In this document: piece after piece, positions 23,420 to 36,400 of the stretch
How the letters are laid out: every line of letters begins with the position of its first letter
Position numbering within the stretch: the stretch's first letter is position 1
Source: Malacoraja senta
Taxonomy: Eukaryota
NCBI GenBank assembly: GCA_038087875.1
Contig: JAXLNO010000446.1
Span: forward strand, 806,001-870,000
Length of the DNA stretch: 64,000 bases
Direction: 5' to 3'
Translations under genes and position numbers: made by a program
The notes under the pieces: model-generated
What the model saw: the letters and a program-made list of their open reading frames with translations, nothing else
Databases searched by the model: none
What the model was told of the DNA's origin: nothing

Positions 23420-24711
23420 AGAACCCGAGGCACGAAACGCACCGGCGGGCACACGACCCGGCCGGCCCGCGTGCGAAAGTCAGCAAATCGTGGGGCTGGC
23501 GGAGGCATAGATGGAGGGGCAGGTCGAGGGATAGGTTGAGGGACCGGCGGGAGGACAGATGGAGTGACAGGCGGGAAGGAGCCATGAAGGGGGCGCCCTC
23601 GAGGCTGAGGTTGGGCAACCAGCAGCGGCTGGTCAATGTCCAGGTGTGCCGGCTTCAACCGGTCAATCGACACTGCCTCCGGCCGGCTCCCCATGTCCAG
23701 GACAAAAGTCGACTGCCCGTGTTCCAACACCCGGAACGGGCCCTCGTACGGCCTCTGGAGTGGCGTCCGGTGGGCGTCACGGCGCAGGAAGACGTACGGG
23801 CAGTCCCTGAGGGCTGATGGCACGTGCGGGCTAAACGTCCCATGGCGGGACGTCAGGACGGGTGCGAGCCTGCCAACTCGCTCGCGAAGGCGCTTTAGGG
23901 TGGATGAGGGCGTTCCCTGCTGCCCCGACGCCGACGGCACGAACTCCCCGGGCGCCGTGAGTGGCGAGCCGTACACGAGCTCCGCGGATGATGAGGCCAA
24001 GTCCTCTTTGGGAGCAGTCCGGATGGCCAGCATGACCCACGGCAACTCGTCCATCCAGTCCGGGCCGGAGAGTCGCGCCTTCAATGCCGCCTTTAGCTGC
24101 CGGTGGAACCTCTCCACCAGACCGTTAGCTTGCGGGTGGTAAGCCGTGGTGTGGTGTAGCCGCACCCCCAGCAAGCGAGCCATGGCTGAACTGTGGCCCC
24201 CGGTCTGAGGAGATGTGCCCGGCACCCCGAAGCGAGCAATCCAGTGTGCGGACAACGCACGAGCACACGTAGCCGTTGAAGTATTGGCCAGTGTGAAGCG
24301 GTCCACCATTGTGAGAAGGTGGGTGATTCCCTGGGACGGTGGGAGAGGCCCTACAATGTCTACGTGGAGATGGTCGAATCGCCGGTGAGGAAGACCAAAC
24401 TCCTGGAGAGGCGCACGGACATGGCGCTGGATTTTCGTCGTCTGGCACGGAATGCAGGTGCGAGCCCAATGGCCAACCTGCTTGCGCAGACCGTGCCACA
24501 TGAACGAGCGGCCACTAGTTCCGTTGCCGCCCGGATTGATGGGTGAGGCAGTCCGTGGATCACCTTGAAGACCCTCCGGCGCCAGGTGGCAGGGACGATG
24601 GGGCGCGGCTGACCGGACGATACATTGCACAGGACTGTCACTCCTCCAGACCGAGAGGGACATCCTCAAGGCGGAGGCCGGAGATGGCAGTCCGGTAGGC
24701 GGGCATCTCAT
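23420..24711 (-). pseudogene. Gypsy integrase (zinc-binding, DDE core, GPY/F), with small deletions
   Basis: ORF 23245-24711 motifs CIPCQ, DIVGP, NGLVERF, GPF; the upstream HGLPHPS is in a shifted frame. Confidence 0.85.
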
Positions 24712-24718
24712 CGTGTGC

Positions 24719-25600
24719 CTATGCCAGAGCAGAATAATCCATCCCGGGCGCCACCTCGAACACGGCGTTGATAGCGGGGCGGGACAATGCGTCGGCCACC
24801 CGGTTCTCTTTCCCCTTGATGTAGCGGATAGACGTTGTATACTCCAAAATGTAGGCCAATTGCCGCTGCTGCCGTGTGGACCAGGGGTCGGAAACCTTCG
24901 CCAGGGCGAAAGTGAGCGGGTTGTGGTCCATGTAGGCGGTGAACGGGCGGCCCTCCAGGAAGTAGCGCAAATGGTGCACTGCCAGGTACAGAGCCAGGAG
25001 CTCGCGATCGAACTGTGCGCAGTTGAGGTGCCGGCTGAAGAAGGCCAGGGGCTGCCAACCTGCGCCCGTCAGTTGCTCCAGCACAGCACTAACCGCCGAC
25101 TCCGAGGCATCCACCGTGAGAGCGGTCGGGGCATCTGCCAGCGGGTGCACCAGCAGTACGGCCCGAGCAAGGGCCTCCTTCGCGCCGTCAAAAGCTGCCT
25201 CTGCCTCGAGGGTCCATTCATCGTTCTTGTGCTGCCCACCCACCAGGAGTTGATACAGCGGCCCCATGATGTGGGCCGCGGATGGCACGAAACGATGGTA
25301 AAACGCCACCATGCCGACAACCTCCTGCAGGATCCTAGCAGCACGCTCCATCCTACTTAGTCCATAAATCTGCAGCAGGAGCTCCTTAAGGCCGAGATAT
25401 TTATCAGTGTCCGGGGGGGCTGCGAGGAAGTCCGTGACCTCCTCAACCGTGTCCTGGTCGATGGCCCCCACCAGGTGATAGAAGCGGGTGGCATCGACCG
25501 TGATGCCCCGCAGGTGAACTGGGCCTCCGCCTGCTGGAACCAGATGAACGGCCGGGTGGTCCAGAAGGTAGGCAGTTTCACCGAGACCGCGTCCAGAGAC
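24719..25600 (-). pseudogene. Gag N-terminus fused to RT-thumb/RNase H; protease and RT core deleted
   Basis: ORF 24719-25678 runs ...GLSRMERAARIL|QEVVGMVAFYHRFVP...; no YxDD motif. Confidence 0.8.
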
Positions 25601-25662
25601 AGGGCCGGGCCGGCCTGTGAGGAGGTAGGGCTTTCTCTTCTCTCCATCATGACGCCAATGGA

Positions 25663-25677
25663 ACGTCGGGGTCACCA
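25663..25677 (-). promoter_or_regulatory. Primer-binding site complementary to tRNA-Trp 3' end
   Basis: Minus strand TGGTGACCCCGACGT, 1 nt from the LTR; complementary to vertebrate tRNA-Trp ...ACGTCGGGGTCACCA. Confidence 0.85.
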
Positions 25678-25781
25678 ATGTGGTGCGTGGGTCTCAAAAG
25701 GAAGCACGAAGTCCAGTGTTTTGAGAGGCACCTTTAATTATGTTCCTCCCGGCTGTAGGGAAGACCAAACGAGAGAAAGAT

Positions 25782-26312
25782 ACATAGATACATAGAAAAT
25801 AGGTGCAGGAGTAGGCCATTCGGCCCTTCGAGCCTGCACCGCCATTCAATATGATCATGGCTGATCATCCAACTCAGTATCCCGTACCTGCCTTCTCTCC
25901 ATACCCCCTGATCCCTTTAGCCACAAGGGCCCCATCTAACTCCCTCTTAAATATAGCCAATGAACTGGCCTCAACTACCCTCTGTGGCAGAGAGTTCCAG
26001 AGATTCACCACTCTCTGTGTGAAAAAGTTTTTCCTCATCTCGGTCTTAAAGGATTTCCCCCTTATCCTTAAGCTGTGACCCCTTGTCCTGGACTTCCCCA
26101 ACATCGGGAACAATCTTCCTGCATCTAGCCTGTCCAACCCCATAAGAATTTTGTACGTTTCTATAAGATCCCCTCTCAATCTCCTAAATTCTAGTGAGTA
26201 TAAGCCGAGTCTATCCAGTCTTTTCTTCATATGAAAGTCCTGACATCCCAGGAATCAGTCTGGTGAACCTTCTCTGCCACTCCCTCTATGGCTATAATGT
26301 CCTTCCTCAGAT
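25782..26312 (-). mobile_element. CR1 lineage A 3' fragment inserted into the Gypsy 5' LTR
   Basis: ORF 25874-26230; the CTATGTAT tail abuts the LTR at AGAT. Confidence 0.92.
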
Positions 26313-26827
26313 AGTGCCAGCGTACAGGGATCGCTGCTCAGTGTGGACCCGATGGGCCGAAGCACCTGTTTCCACGCTGTATCTCTAAAGTCCAAAGTAA
26401 ACTAAATCACTTTGCCTTTGATTATGCAAAGAGTGTGCTTTAGAATAAGTTGAAGCCTAACTGAATTGATTTTTAGGCTGATCATGGGCATTGTGTTTGT
26501 GAAAGTGTAACATCACTTCATAAAATAATTGCTTTACTGAAGTCACTTGTGAATTTTATGCTTCGCATCAAGATATGGTATTTAGTGAACTGGGACATGA
26601 TAGTTTCTGCGGGGAATGCTGGATGTTCTTGCTTACTGAAGTACAAGACTAATAGTGATTCGAAACACTTACTGCGATGCGTGACATACAAGACTATTGA
26701 TTTAGTAACCACTGTGGATCTGGCTCTATGCTAAATAAAACACTTGCTGTTTGAGCTGGAACACGATGCTGTTTGCACGAGGTTGTGATTTACTGAGACT
26801 CCCTTCGCCGTTCATTTGGAATGTGAT

Positions 26828-27246
26828 TTAGTTTTAGTTTTAGGGGTACAGCAATGAAACAGGCCCTTCGGCTCAACGAGTCCACCCCGACGATCGATCA
26901 CCTGTTCACACTTGTTTTACGTTATCACACTACCACTTTGGGCCGGCACGGTGACGCAGCGGTAGAGTTGCTGCCTCACAGCGCCAGAGACCCGGGTTCC
27001 ATCCTGACTACGGGTGCTGTCTGTATGGAGTTTATACGTTCTCCCCGTGACCTGCGTGGGTTTTCACCGGGTGCTCCGGTTTCCTCTCACACTCCAAAGA
27101 CGTACATATTTGTAGGTTAATTGGCTAGGTTAAGTTGTAAATAGTCCCTAGTATGTGTAGGATAATGTTGGTGTGCAGGGATCGCCGGTCAGCGCTGACT
27201 CGATGGGCTGAAGGGCCTGTTTCCGCACTGTATCTCTAAAGTGTAA
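26828..27246. mobile_element. HE1-like SINEs: 3' fragment (-) 26828-26930 and full-length (+) 26941-27246
   Basis: GGCACGGTGACGCAGCGG head, GGTTCCATCC B box, V-domain and CR1-like tail GGGCTGAAGGGCCTGTTTCC. Confidence 0.88.
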
Positions 27247-27844
27247 AGCGCTCTGTACATCCTGATGAAGATACGAGTATGAACACACTGTTGCTTGAGG
27301 TGTCCAATCAATACACAGGTGCCAAACGTGAAGGCGTCTGGCTGGCCCATCTAGGCAAGTTAAAATTATGGCTTCAGCATTTAGGATCTAGGTGAGAGAC
27401 GCATAAAGTCATAAAGCATGGAGTCAGACCCGTATAAATCCTCGTAAATCTTCTCCGCTCTCTTTCCAGCTTAATGACATCGTCATAGCTCATAATCCAT
27501 ATCTGCTGATTTCCTGCGTATACATGCCTCTCTGCCCCTCACAGAGCCAGTTTACCAGCTCACCATGGGTTTCATGTCATTAATCGTGTGGCCCTGCTGA
27601 GAAATGACACCTTGTTGAATGCCTTGCTAAGAGTCCACGCAGATAAATCCATCTGCTTGCTCTCTTTCACCCGAGGATGAAATACAGGATTCTGATCAAT
27701 GAATGGAAAAGGTAAAGTTTTGCGGTTTCAAATAACTTTGACGTGATTGTATTAATGTGCAGTATTATCTGATCTAATGGTATAGCATGTATAGCAATGT
27801 TTTTCACTGTACTTCAGTACATGTGACAATAATGTCTAAATGTA

Positions 27845-28300
27845 AACCTATCTAAACGCCACAGAAACACCACTATGGTATCTGCCTCCACCACCACCCC
27901 TGGCAGCACGTTCCAGGTACTCACCACCCTCTGTGTAAAATAACTTGCCCTGCACATAACCTCTCACCTCTCGCCCTTTAGTCTTTGATATTTCATGTGG
28001 GGGAAAGGTAGAAACAAAGAACTGCAGATGCTGGTTAATATACAAAAGGACACAGAGTGCTGGAGTAACTCAGCGGGTCAGGCAGCATCTCTGGAGAACA
28101 TGGACAGGTGACGGTTCGGGCCGGGACCCTTCTTCAGAAAGGTTCTGACTGTCTACCATATCTGTGCCTCTTACAATTGTCTCCCTTCAACCTCCAACGT
28201 TCCAGAGAAAACAATCCACGTTGTCCAACCTCTCCTTGTAGCAAATGACCTCTAATCCAGGCAGCATTCTGGCAAACTTCTTCTGCACCTATATATAGCA
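27845..28300 (-). mobile_element. Old CR1 fragment hosting a 127-bp Penelope-terminus/hammerhead insertion (28010-28136)
   Basis: GAAAGGT duplicated at 28003-28009 and 28137-28143; insert ends in CCCTTCTTCA(G). Confidence 0.8.
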
Positions 28301-28649
28301 TAAATGTGTTAAAACTAAAACATCAGACAAAATGGGTTGGTGGCCATCATCCTGTTAGGAAATAAAGTACCGCTGGAAGTTTGACTTTGCGATGAAAGTG
28401 GATGTTAATGTTACTCAACATGTCTACATGCTTGAGACAGACAGATACACAGAAACCCTGAGGGCGGCTCTCTGTGACAAGTCATTTTGCTGTAAAAAGT
28501 TAATGGAGTATCTCCGACTTGAAGTAACAGGAGAGAGAGTGGAGCAGGGGTGCTGCAGTATAATAGGCTCGTCAAAACGCATGGCGTCCTCTGGCACAAA
28601 CGCTGCCCGAAGGGCAGCTCATGCCTTGTGATCCTGAGAGGAGCAGAGA

Positions 28650-28997
28650 GTTGTGGACGCAGCCCAGGTACAGAAGTGTGAAAACGCACACCTCCAGATT
28701 CAGGGGCAGTTTCTTCCCAGCTGTTATCTGGCAACTGAACCATCCTACCACAACCAGAGAGCAGTCCTGAACTACTATCTAACTATTTGGAGACCCTCAG
28801 ACTATCTTTGATCGGACTTTACTGACTTTACCTTGCACTAAACATTATTCCCTTATGATGTATCTGTACACTGTGGACGGCTCGATTGTAATCAGGTATA
28901 GTGTTTCCGCTGACTGGTTAGCACGCAACAAAAGCTTTTCACTGTACCTCGGTACACGTGACAATAAATTAAACTGAAATAAACTAAACTAAACTAT
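28650..28997 (+). mobile_element. Rex/Babar-derived short 3' element with (AAACT)n tail
   Basis: RYRSVKTHTSRF...FFP motif; homologous to 52125-52500 and 32750-32895. Confidence 0.75.
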
Positions 28998-29019
28998 CCA
29001 ATGCTTGGTTCGGGATTAG

Positions 29020-30470
29020 AAGAATAGATCAGGTAGACGCACAGTCCCTTGCCCAGAGTAGGTGATTCAAGGACCAGAGGACATGGGTTTAAAGTAATGG
29101 GGAAAATATTTCATAGGAATCTCTGAGGGGAATGTTTTTCACACAATGGTGGTGGGTGTGTGGAACGAGCTGCCAGAGGAGGTAGTTGAGGCAGGGATAA
29201 TTGCAACATTTAAGAAACAGTTAGACAGGTACATGGATAGGACAGGTTTGGAGTGATTTGGGCCAAACACGGGTAGCTGGGACATGTTGGCCGGTGTGGG
29301 CAAGTTGGGTCGATGGGCCTATTTCCGCACTGACTGCATGACTCTATAAACCTGATGAAAGTTTCCGAAACAATGGCAGGAGTGAGGAATATAGGTGGAT
29401 TCTACATGGAGATGTTTATATAGTGTTTGCATTGGAAGCTTAAGCAGTCTGGCGAAATTGAAGACAAATTATTGACCTGCTTTGCAAATTGGTTTAATGG
29501 CAGGAAACCGGTGGGAGAAACAGGGCAGATGCATAAATTGTCAGGTCGTAAGTAATACTTTCCCACAAGGATTGGTGATGGGCGTTGAACAACCGATGCA
29601 TTTCTAAGTGAGTTGGATGATTAGTTCAGAAGGATTACGAGTGAGGATGATCAGGACAAGAGGACTGGGTGACATTACAAACTGCATGCAGCCATTATAT
29701 CACAACGAGATGGAGATAGATTACACAAACAGGCTGAACTTTGACAAAAAGCTTCAAACATAAGCTAATCCAATACCCTTCTCTGGAGATCGATCACTCG
29801 AAGGAGAAAATACTTTCTAAATAATGAAAATCAGAAGCAGCAGACATTTACAGAGAAATGTGAAGTATTGCAAAGGGCAGGATCTACACGGTGAATGGTC
29901 GGCCTCTGGGTCGTGTTGTAGAGCAGAGGGATCTAGGAGTACAGGTGCATGGTTCCTTGAAGGTCGGGTTGCAGGTAGATAAGGTGGTCAACAAGGCTTT
30001 TGGCACATTGGCCTTCATCAGTCATAGTATTGAGTATAGAGGTCGGGAGGTCATGTTGCAGTTGTATAAGACGTTGGTGAGACTCCATTTAGAATATTGT
30101 GTTCAGTTCTGGGCACCACGTTATAGGATAGATTTCATTAAGCTGGAATGGATGTAGAGAAGATTTATGAAGATGTTGCCAGGAATCGAGGGCCTGAGCT
30201 ACAGGGACAGGTTGGGCAGGCTAGGACTTTATTCCTTGGAGCGTAGGAGGATGAGGGGTGATCTTATAGAGGTGTATAAAATAATGAGGGGAATACAGGG
30301 TGAATGCACTGAGTCTTTTACCCGGGATAGGAGAATGAAGAACCCAGGGAACATGGTTTTAAGATGAGAGGGGAAAGATTTTGACATGAATCTGAGGGAC
30401 AACATTTTAACACAGAGGGTGGTGAGTATATGCAATGATGCTTCCAGAGTAGGTGGTTGAAGCATTAAAA
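29020..30470 (+). mobile_element. CR1 lineage D 3' fragments (29020-29348, 29855-30470) with possible very old RT remnant between
   Basis: ORFs 29891-30157 and 30167-30367 ([22 protein letters not shown]). Confidence 0.8.
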
Positions 30471-30497
30471 TAGCATAAATTTTTTTTTTTAAAAAGA

Positions 30498-30706
30498 CAG
30501 TGCTGGAGTAACTCAGCGGGTCATGCAGCATCTCTGGAGAACATGGATAGGTGACGTTTCACAGAGTGCTGGAGTAACTCAGCGGGTCAGGCAGCATCTG
30601 TGGAGAACATGGATAGGTGACGTTTCACAGAGTGCTGGAGTAACTCAGCGGGTCAGGCAGCATCTGTGGAGAACATGGATAGGTGACGTTTTGGGTCGGG
30701 ACCCTT
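30498..30706 (-). repeat. 66-bp Penelope-derived array, 3 units
   Basis: Same unit as 1187-1848; ends in partial hammerhead GGGTCGGGACCCTT. Confidence 0.9.
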
Positions 30707-30845
30707 TGATTTCTCCACACTGGGAAAAGGTTGTGACCATCTACCCTATCTAACTTTCTTTAATATAAAAGAGCAGGTTCCTGTTTTCTGAGGTTTTTGA
30801 GGGAACAGAAATGTTTGTTCCTTGTTCAACCAATGCAGAAAGGAG

Positions 30846-31167
30846 GGCGGCACGGTGGTGCAGCGGTAGAGTTGCTGCCTCACAGCACCAGAGGCTCCGG
30901 TTCCATCCTGACTACGGGTGCTGTCTGTATGGAGTTTGTACGTTCTCCCCGTGACCTGCGTGGGTTTTCTCCGGGCGCTCCGGTTTCCTCCCCACATTCC
31001 AAAGACTTGTGGGTTAGTAGGTTAATTAGCTTCGGTAATAATAGTGAATTGTCCTCATTGTGTAGGGTGGTGTTATATACAGGGTGATCGGTGGGTCGGC
31101 AGAGACTCGCTGGGCTGAAGAGCCTGTTTCCACCCTGTATCTCTTAAGTCTAAAGTTTAAAGTCTAA
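30846..31167 (+). mobile_element. Full-length HE1-like SINE
   Basis: tRNA head, V-domain and (TCTAAAG)n tail. Confidence 0.88.
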
Positions 31168-31417
31168 AGAATGGGATGGCTGATTCCTTCCCTCAAGGAC
31201 TTTAAGGGCTGTGATCTCCTTTACAAAATACCAGTTTCACGGTCGTTAGTCCCAGTAAGAGATGTTTTAAATATATTCCCATTATTAAATATAATGCCTT
31301 CAATATAAATTCTTCAGTTATTATGGGCATTGAACTCTTGTTTCTGGAATGATGGCTTTGTAGCTTAACTGTTCCACTAGTGTACTGGCAATCTCTGCAA
31401 GAAGTTACCTTTCAGGA

Positions 31418-31650
31418 GATAGACACAAAATGCTGGAGTAACTCAGCGGGTCAGGCAGCATCTGTGGAGAACATGGATAGGTGACGTTTCACAGAGTGCT
31501 GGAGTAACTCAGCGGGTCAGGCAGCATCTGTGGAGAACATGGATAGGTGACGTTTCACAGAGTGCTGGAGTAACTCAGCGGGTCAGGCAGCATCTGTGGA
31601 GAACATGGATAGGTGACGTTTCACAGAGTGCTGGAGTAACTCAGTGGGTC
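31418..31650 (-). repeat. 66-bp Penelope-derived array, about 3.5 units, hammerhead end absent
   Basis: Same unit as above. Confidence 0.9.
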
Positions 31651-31679
31651 TGGGAAGAAAGGACTGAACAATAGACAAT

Positions 31680-32190
31680 AAGGCAGAGATTGACAGATTC
31701 TTGATTAGTATGGGTGTCATGGGTTATGGGGAGAAGGCAGGAGAATGGGGTTGATCAGCCATGATTGAATGGCGGAGTAGACAGAGTCATAGAGTGATAC
31801 AGAGTGGAAACAGGCCCTTCAGCCCAATGCCCACACCGGCCAACAATGTCCCAGCTACACTAGTCTGTGTTTGGTCCATATACCTCCAAATCTGTCCTAT
31901 CCATGTACCTGTCTAATTGTCTCTTAAATGATGAGATAGTCCCATCCTCAACTACCTCCTCTGGCAGCTTGTTCCATACACCCACCACCCTTTGTGTGAA
32001 AAAGTTACCCCTCGGATTCCTATTAAATCTTTTCCCCTTCACCTTGAACCTATGTCCTCTGGTCCTCGATTCCCCTACTCTGGGCAAAAGGCTACTCTTT
32101 TTGCTAGAAATGCTGCCTGACCCGCTGAGTTACTCCAGCTTTTTGTGTCTATCTTCAGTTTAACCAGCTTCTGCAGTTCATTTCCTACAC
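31680..32190. mobile_element. CR1 3' fragments (+ 31680-31780; - 31785-32088) and Penelope terminus fragment (+ 32105-32190)
   Basis: ORF 31860-32087; GCTGAGTTACTCCAGC hairpin motif. Confidence 0.75.
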
Positions 32191-33419
32191 ATGTTTGTCT
32201 TGGTCTGCTTTGGCATTCAGTAAGATCATGGCTCTTGTGTAACTTGGCCCTACAACTGGGACTTGTAAATGGGGCCAAACAGTTGCCATACTGTCTCAGT
32301 GTATTGCTGCCGTATCCGAGAGGCTTATCTGAGATGTATGTAAGTGCTTATGTAAAGTGATTCCTTCATTCATCATCGTTGAAAACATTAGTGACGCAGT
32401 GGTGCTGGTTTCCGTCGGGAACGGTGACGGACGCACCACACATCTCTGTCCTCCAGTTCCTGCGGACTTCCGCCACGGGAAGTATAGGATTTTGGTGTGT
32501 GTGCTTTATCATCATTCCTTACAATGCTGTGTACGACAGTGATCGCAACTTCTGCTGAAGTGTGGGTGGCCGTTGGCTCGCTAGAAGCTCATCCGCCCTT
32601 TGACAGGTCTTGTTTCTGGTCCTGCTGGGGGTCCACAGCCCTCTCCTCACCTGGCAAACCAGGTGGGGGCAGACGGTTTAGTCGCCGACTATCCGACCAT
32701 GGAGCAGGTAGCACGGGATGACATGGTACCCGGGGCGGGGTGAACTCACCCCGACCTTGCACTAAACATTATTCATGTTATTCCCATTATCCTGTATCTG
32801 TACACTGTGGATGACTCGATTATAATCATGTATTGTCTTTCCGCCGACTGGATAGCACGCACCAAAAATACTTTTCACTGTACCTCGGTACATATGTGGT
32901 GTGGTACAGTACTTCCTTTGTCTCGTTTACCGAGTACAGTGAAATTCATTGTTGTATACAGTTCAGTACAATATCACTTAGATACATGTTAGATCAGCAT
33001 CTCAGATACAGTACAGGTGTACAGCAGCAGTACACTGAGACCGTTTACAGAGTCACCAGTTTGGGGCCATTTTGTGCTGGTGGGGGAGTCTCCCTCACCT
33101 GTAGCTGCTTGCAGTGTCGCTGCTGCTGGCGCCGACGATGGCGGCCACGGTGTACTGTCCTTGCTGTTTTGTTTGTTTGTTCGTTTGTGTCGTCTGTGAA
33201 AAACTTACAAAGATTACTTTCACGAGAGAGGTACTCATAAACATCGGATATACGGTACCTCCAAACATCGTTCCAGATTTCTCTCACTCGCTGGATTATT
33301 TGGACATACTTGTCGGCGGGGCTGTGGCTGCGTTCAAGGTCTTGTGACGGAGGAGGACCCGTGGGATGTGCTCTGGAACACTCACCCGACTCCGGCAACG
33401 AGGATCACGCACACCGTTC

Positions 33420-36400
33420 GTAGTATCAAAGCACAAGATGATGCGTACAAATTAGCCAGAAAAAGCAGCATACCAGAGGACTGGGAGAAATTCAGAGACC
33501 AGCAGAGGAGGACAAAGGGCTTAATTAGGAAAGGGAAAATAGATTATGAAAGGAAACTGGCAGGGAACATAAAAACTGACTGCAAAAGTTTTTATAGATA
33601 TGTGAAGAGAAAGAGATTAGTTAAAACAAATGTAGGTCCCTTGCAGTCAGAAACAGGTGAATTGATCATGGGGAACAAGGATATGGCGGACCAATTGAAT
33701 AACTACTTTGGTTCCGTCTTCACTAAGGAAGACATAAATAATCTGCCGGAATTAGCAGGGGGCCGCGGGTCAAAGGAGATGGAGGAACTGAGTGAAATCC
33801 AGGTTAGTCGGGAAGTGGTGTTGGGTAAATTGAATGGATTAAATGCCGATAAATCACCAGGGCCAGATAGGCTGCATCCCAGAGTATTTAAGGAAGTAGC
33901 TCCAGAAATAGTGGATGCATTAGTGATAATTTTTCAAACTCTTTAGATTCTGGAGTAGTTCCTGAGTATTGGAGGGTAGCAAACGTAACCCCACTTTTTA
34001 AGAAGGGAGGGTGAGAGAAAACGGGGAATTACAGACCAGTTAGTCTAACATCGGTAGTGGGGAAACTGCTAGAGTCAGTTATTAAAGATGGGATAGCAGC
34101 ACATTTGGAAAGTGGTGAAATCATTGGACAAAGTCAGCATGGATTTACGAAAGGTAAATCGTGTCTGACGAATCTTATAGAATTTTTCGAGGATGTAACT
34201 AGTAGAGTGGATAGGGGAGAACCAGTGGATGTGTTGTATCTGGACTTTCAGAAGGCTTTCGACAAGGTACCACATAAGAGATTAGGATACAAACTTAAAT
34301 CACACGGTATTGGGGGTTCAGTATTGATGTGGATAGAGAACTGGCTGGCAAACTGGAAGCAAAGAGTAGGTGTAAACGGGTCCTTTTCACAATGGCAGGC
34401 AGTGACTAGTGGGGTACCGCAAGGCTCATTGCTGGACCCCAGCTATATACAATTTATATTAATGAACTGGATGAGGGAATTGAAAGCAACATCTCCAAGT
34501 TTGCGGATGACACTAAGCTGGGGGGCAGTGTTAGCTGTGAGGAGGATGCTCCAGGGTCAGGGATGTGTCTGAACATGTCGAAGAAATCCTGAAATGGGAG
34601 GAGAGGAGCCTGAGGTTGTGGTACATATAGGTACCAACGACATAGGTAAAAAAAAGAGAAGAGGTCCTGAAAGAAGAATTTATGGAGTTAGGTAGAGAGT
34701 TAAGGAGAAGGACAGCAAAGGTAACAATCTCAGGATTACTGCCTGTGTCCACGCGACAGTGAGAGTAGGAATGGAGCGAGGCGGAGGATAAATGAGTGGA
34801 TGAGGGACTGGTGCAGTGGGTATGGATTCGAGTTCTGGATCATTGGGACCTCTTTTGGGGGAAGGTGCGACCTGTACAGAAAGGATGGGTTGCACTTGAA
34901 CTCAAGGGGGACTAATATCCTGGCGGGTAGATTTGCAAAGGCTACTGGGAGACTTTAAACTAGTATGGTTGGGGGGAGGGACTCAAATTGGAAAGCTAGC
35001 AGTCAGTGTGTGAGGCAGGAGGCGAAGAATGGAAGCACTCTGACCCAAAATGTAGGGGAGAGAGAAGAAAAAGACCAATAAACAGAGAATAGAGAGGGTG
35101 GGTTTCTTAAATGTGTATATTTTAATGCTAGGAGCATTGTAAGAAAGGTGGATGAACTTAAAGCCTGGATTGACACCTGGAAGTATGATGTTGTGGCGAT
35201 CAGTGAAACATGGTTGCAGGAGGCTGTGATTGGAAACTAAATATTCCAGGATTTCGTTGCTTCAGGTGTGATAGAATTGGAGGGGCAAGAGGTGGAGGTG
35301 TTGCATTGCTTATCAGGGAAGATATTACAGCAGTACTTTGGCAGGATAGCTTAGAGGGCTCTTCTAGGGAGGCTATTTGGGTGGAACTGAGAAATGGAAA
35401 GGGTAGCAACACTCATAGGGGTGTATTATAGACCGCCAAATGGGGAGCGAGAATTGGAGGAGCAAATATGTAAAGAGATTGCAGATATTAGTAGTAAGCA
35501 CAAGGTAGTGATTGTGGGAGATTTCAATTTTCCACACATGGACTGGGAAACACATTCTGTAAATGGGCTGGATGGGTTGGAGTTTGTAAAATGTGTGCAG
35601 GATAGTTTTTTGCAGCAATACATAGAAGTACCTACTAGAGAAGGGGCGGTGCTGGACCTCCTGTTAGGAAATGAGATGGGTCAGGTGGCAGAGGTATGCG
35701 TTGGAACAATTTGGGACCAGTGATCACAATACCATTAGTTTCAATATAATTATGGAGAGGGTCAGAACTGGACCTAGGGTTGAGATTTTTGATTGGAGAA
35801 AAGGCTAACTTTGAGGAGATGCGAAAGTATTTAAAAGGAGTAAATTGGGACAGTTTGTTTTATGGGAAAGATGTGGAAGAGAAATGGAGGACATTTAAAG
35901 GTGAAATTTTAAGAGTACAGAATCTTTATGTCCCTGTTCGGTTGAAAGGAAATGGTAAAAATTGGAAAGAGCCATGGTTTTCAAGGGAAATTGGACACTT
36001 AGTTCAGAAAAAGAGAGAGATCTACAATAATTATAGGCAGCATGGAGTAAATGAGGTGCTTGAGGAGTATAAAAAATGTAAAAAGTGTCTTAAGAAAGAA
36101 ATTAGAAAAGCTAAAAGAAGATATGAGGTTGCTTTGGCAAGTAAGGTGAAAGTAAATCCAAAGGGTTTCTACAGCTATATTATAGCAAAAGGATAACGAG
36201 GGATAAAATTGGTCCATTAGAGAGTCAGAGTGGACAGCAATCTGCAGAGCCAAAAGAGATGGGGGAGATATTGAACAATTTATTTTCTTCGGTATTCACC
36301 AAGGAGAAGGATATTGAATTATGTGAGGTAAGGGAAACAAGTAGAGTAGCTATGGAAACTATGAGATTCAAAGAAGAGGAAGTACTGACACTTTTGAGAA

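Larger units (their letters stand above)
23190..25781 (-). mobile_element. Internally deleted Ty3/Gypsy LTR retrotransposon (CsRn1-like clade)
   Basis: LTRs at 23190-23406 (TG...CA) and 25679-25781 (truncated); gag VKLPTFW...WFQQAEAQF; RNase H TVDASE...DALSR; integrase HVDIVGPLP, AYHPQANGLVERF, PYEGPF. Confidence 0.93.

Noticed and set aside
26941..27015. tRNA gene
   Set aside because: tRNA-derived SINE head continuing into V-domain and LINE-like tail, present in many copies
32670..32745. HDV-like ribozyme (minus strand GG-stem-CTAA)
   Set aside because: No matching P1 or P2 5' strands could be found and the L3 would be non-canonical
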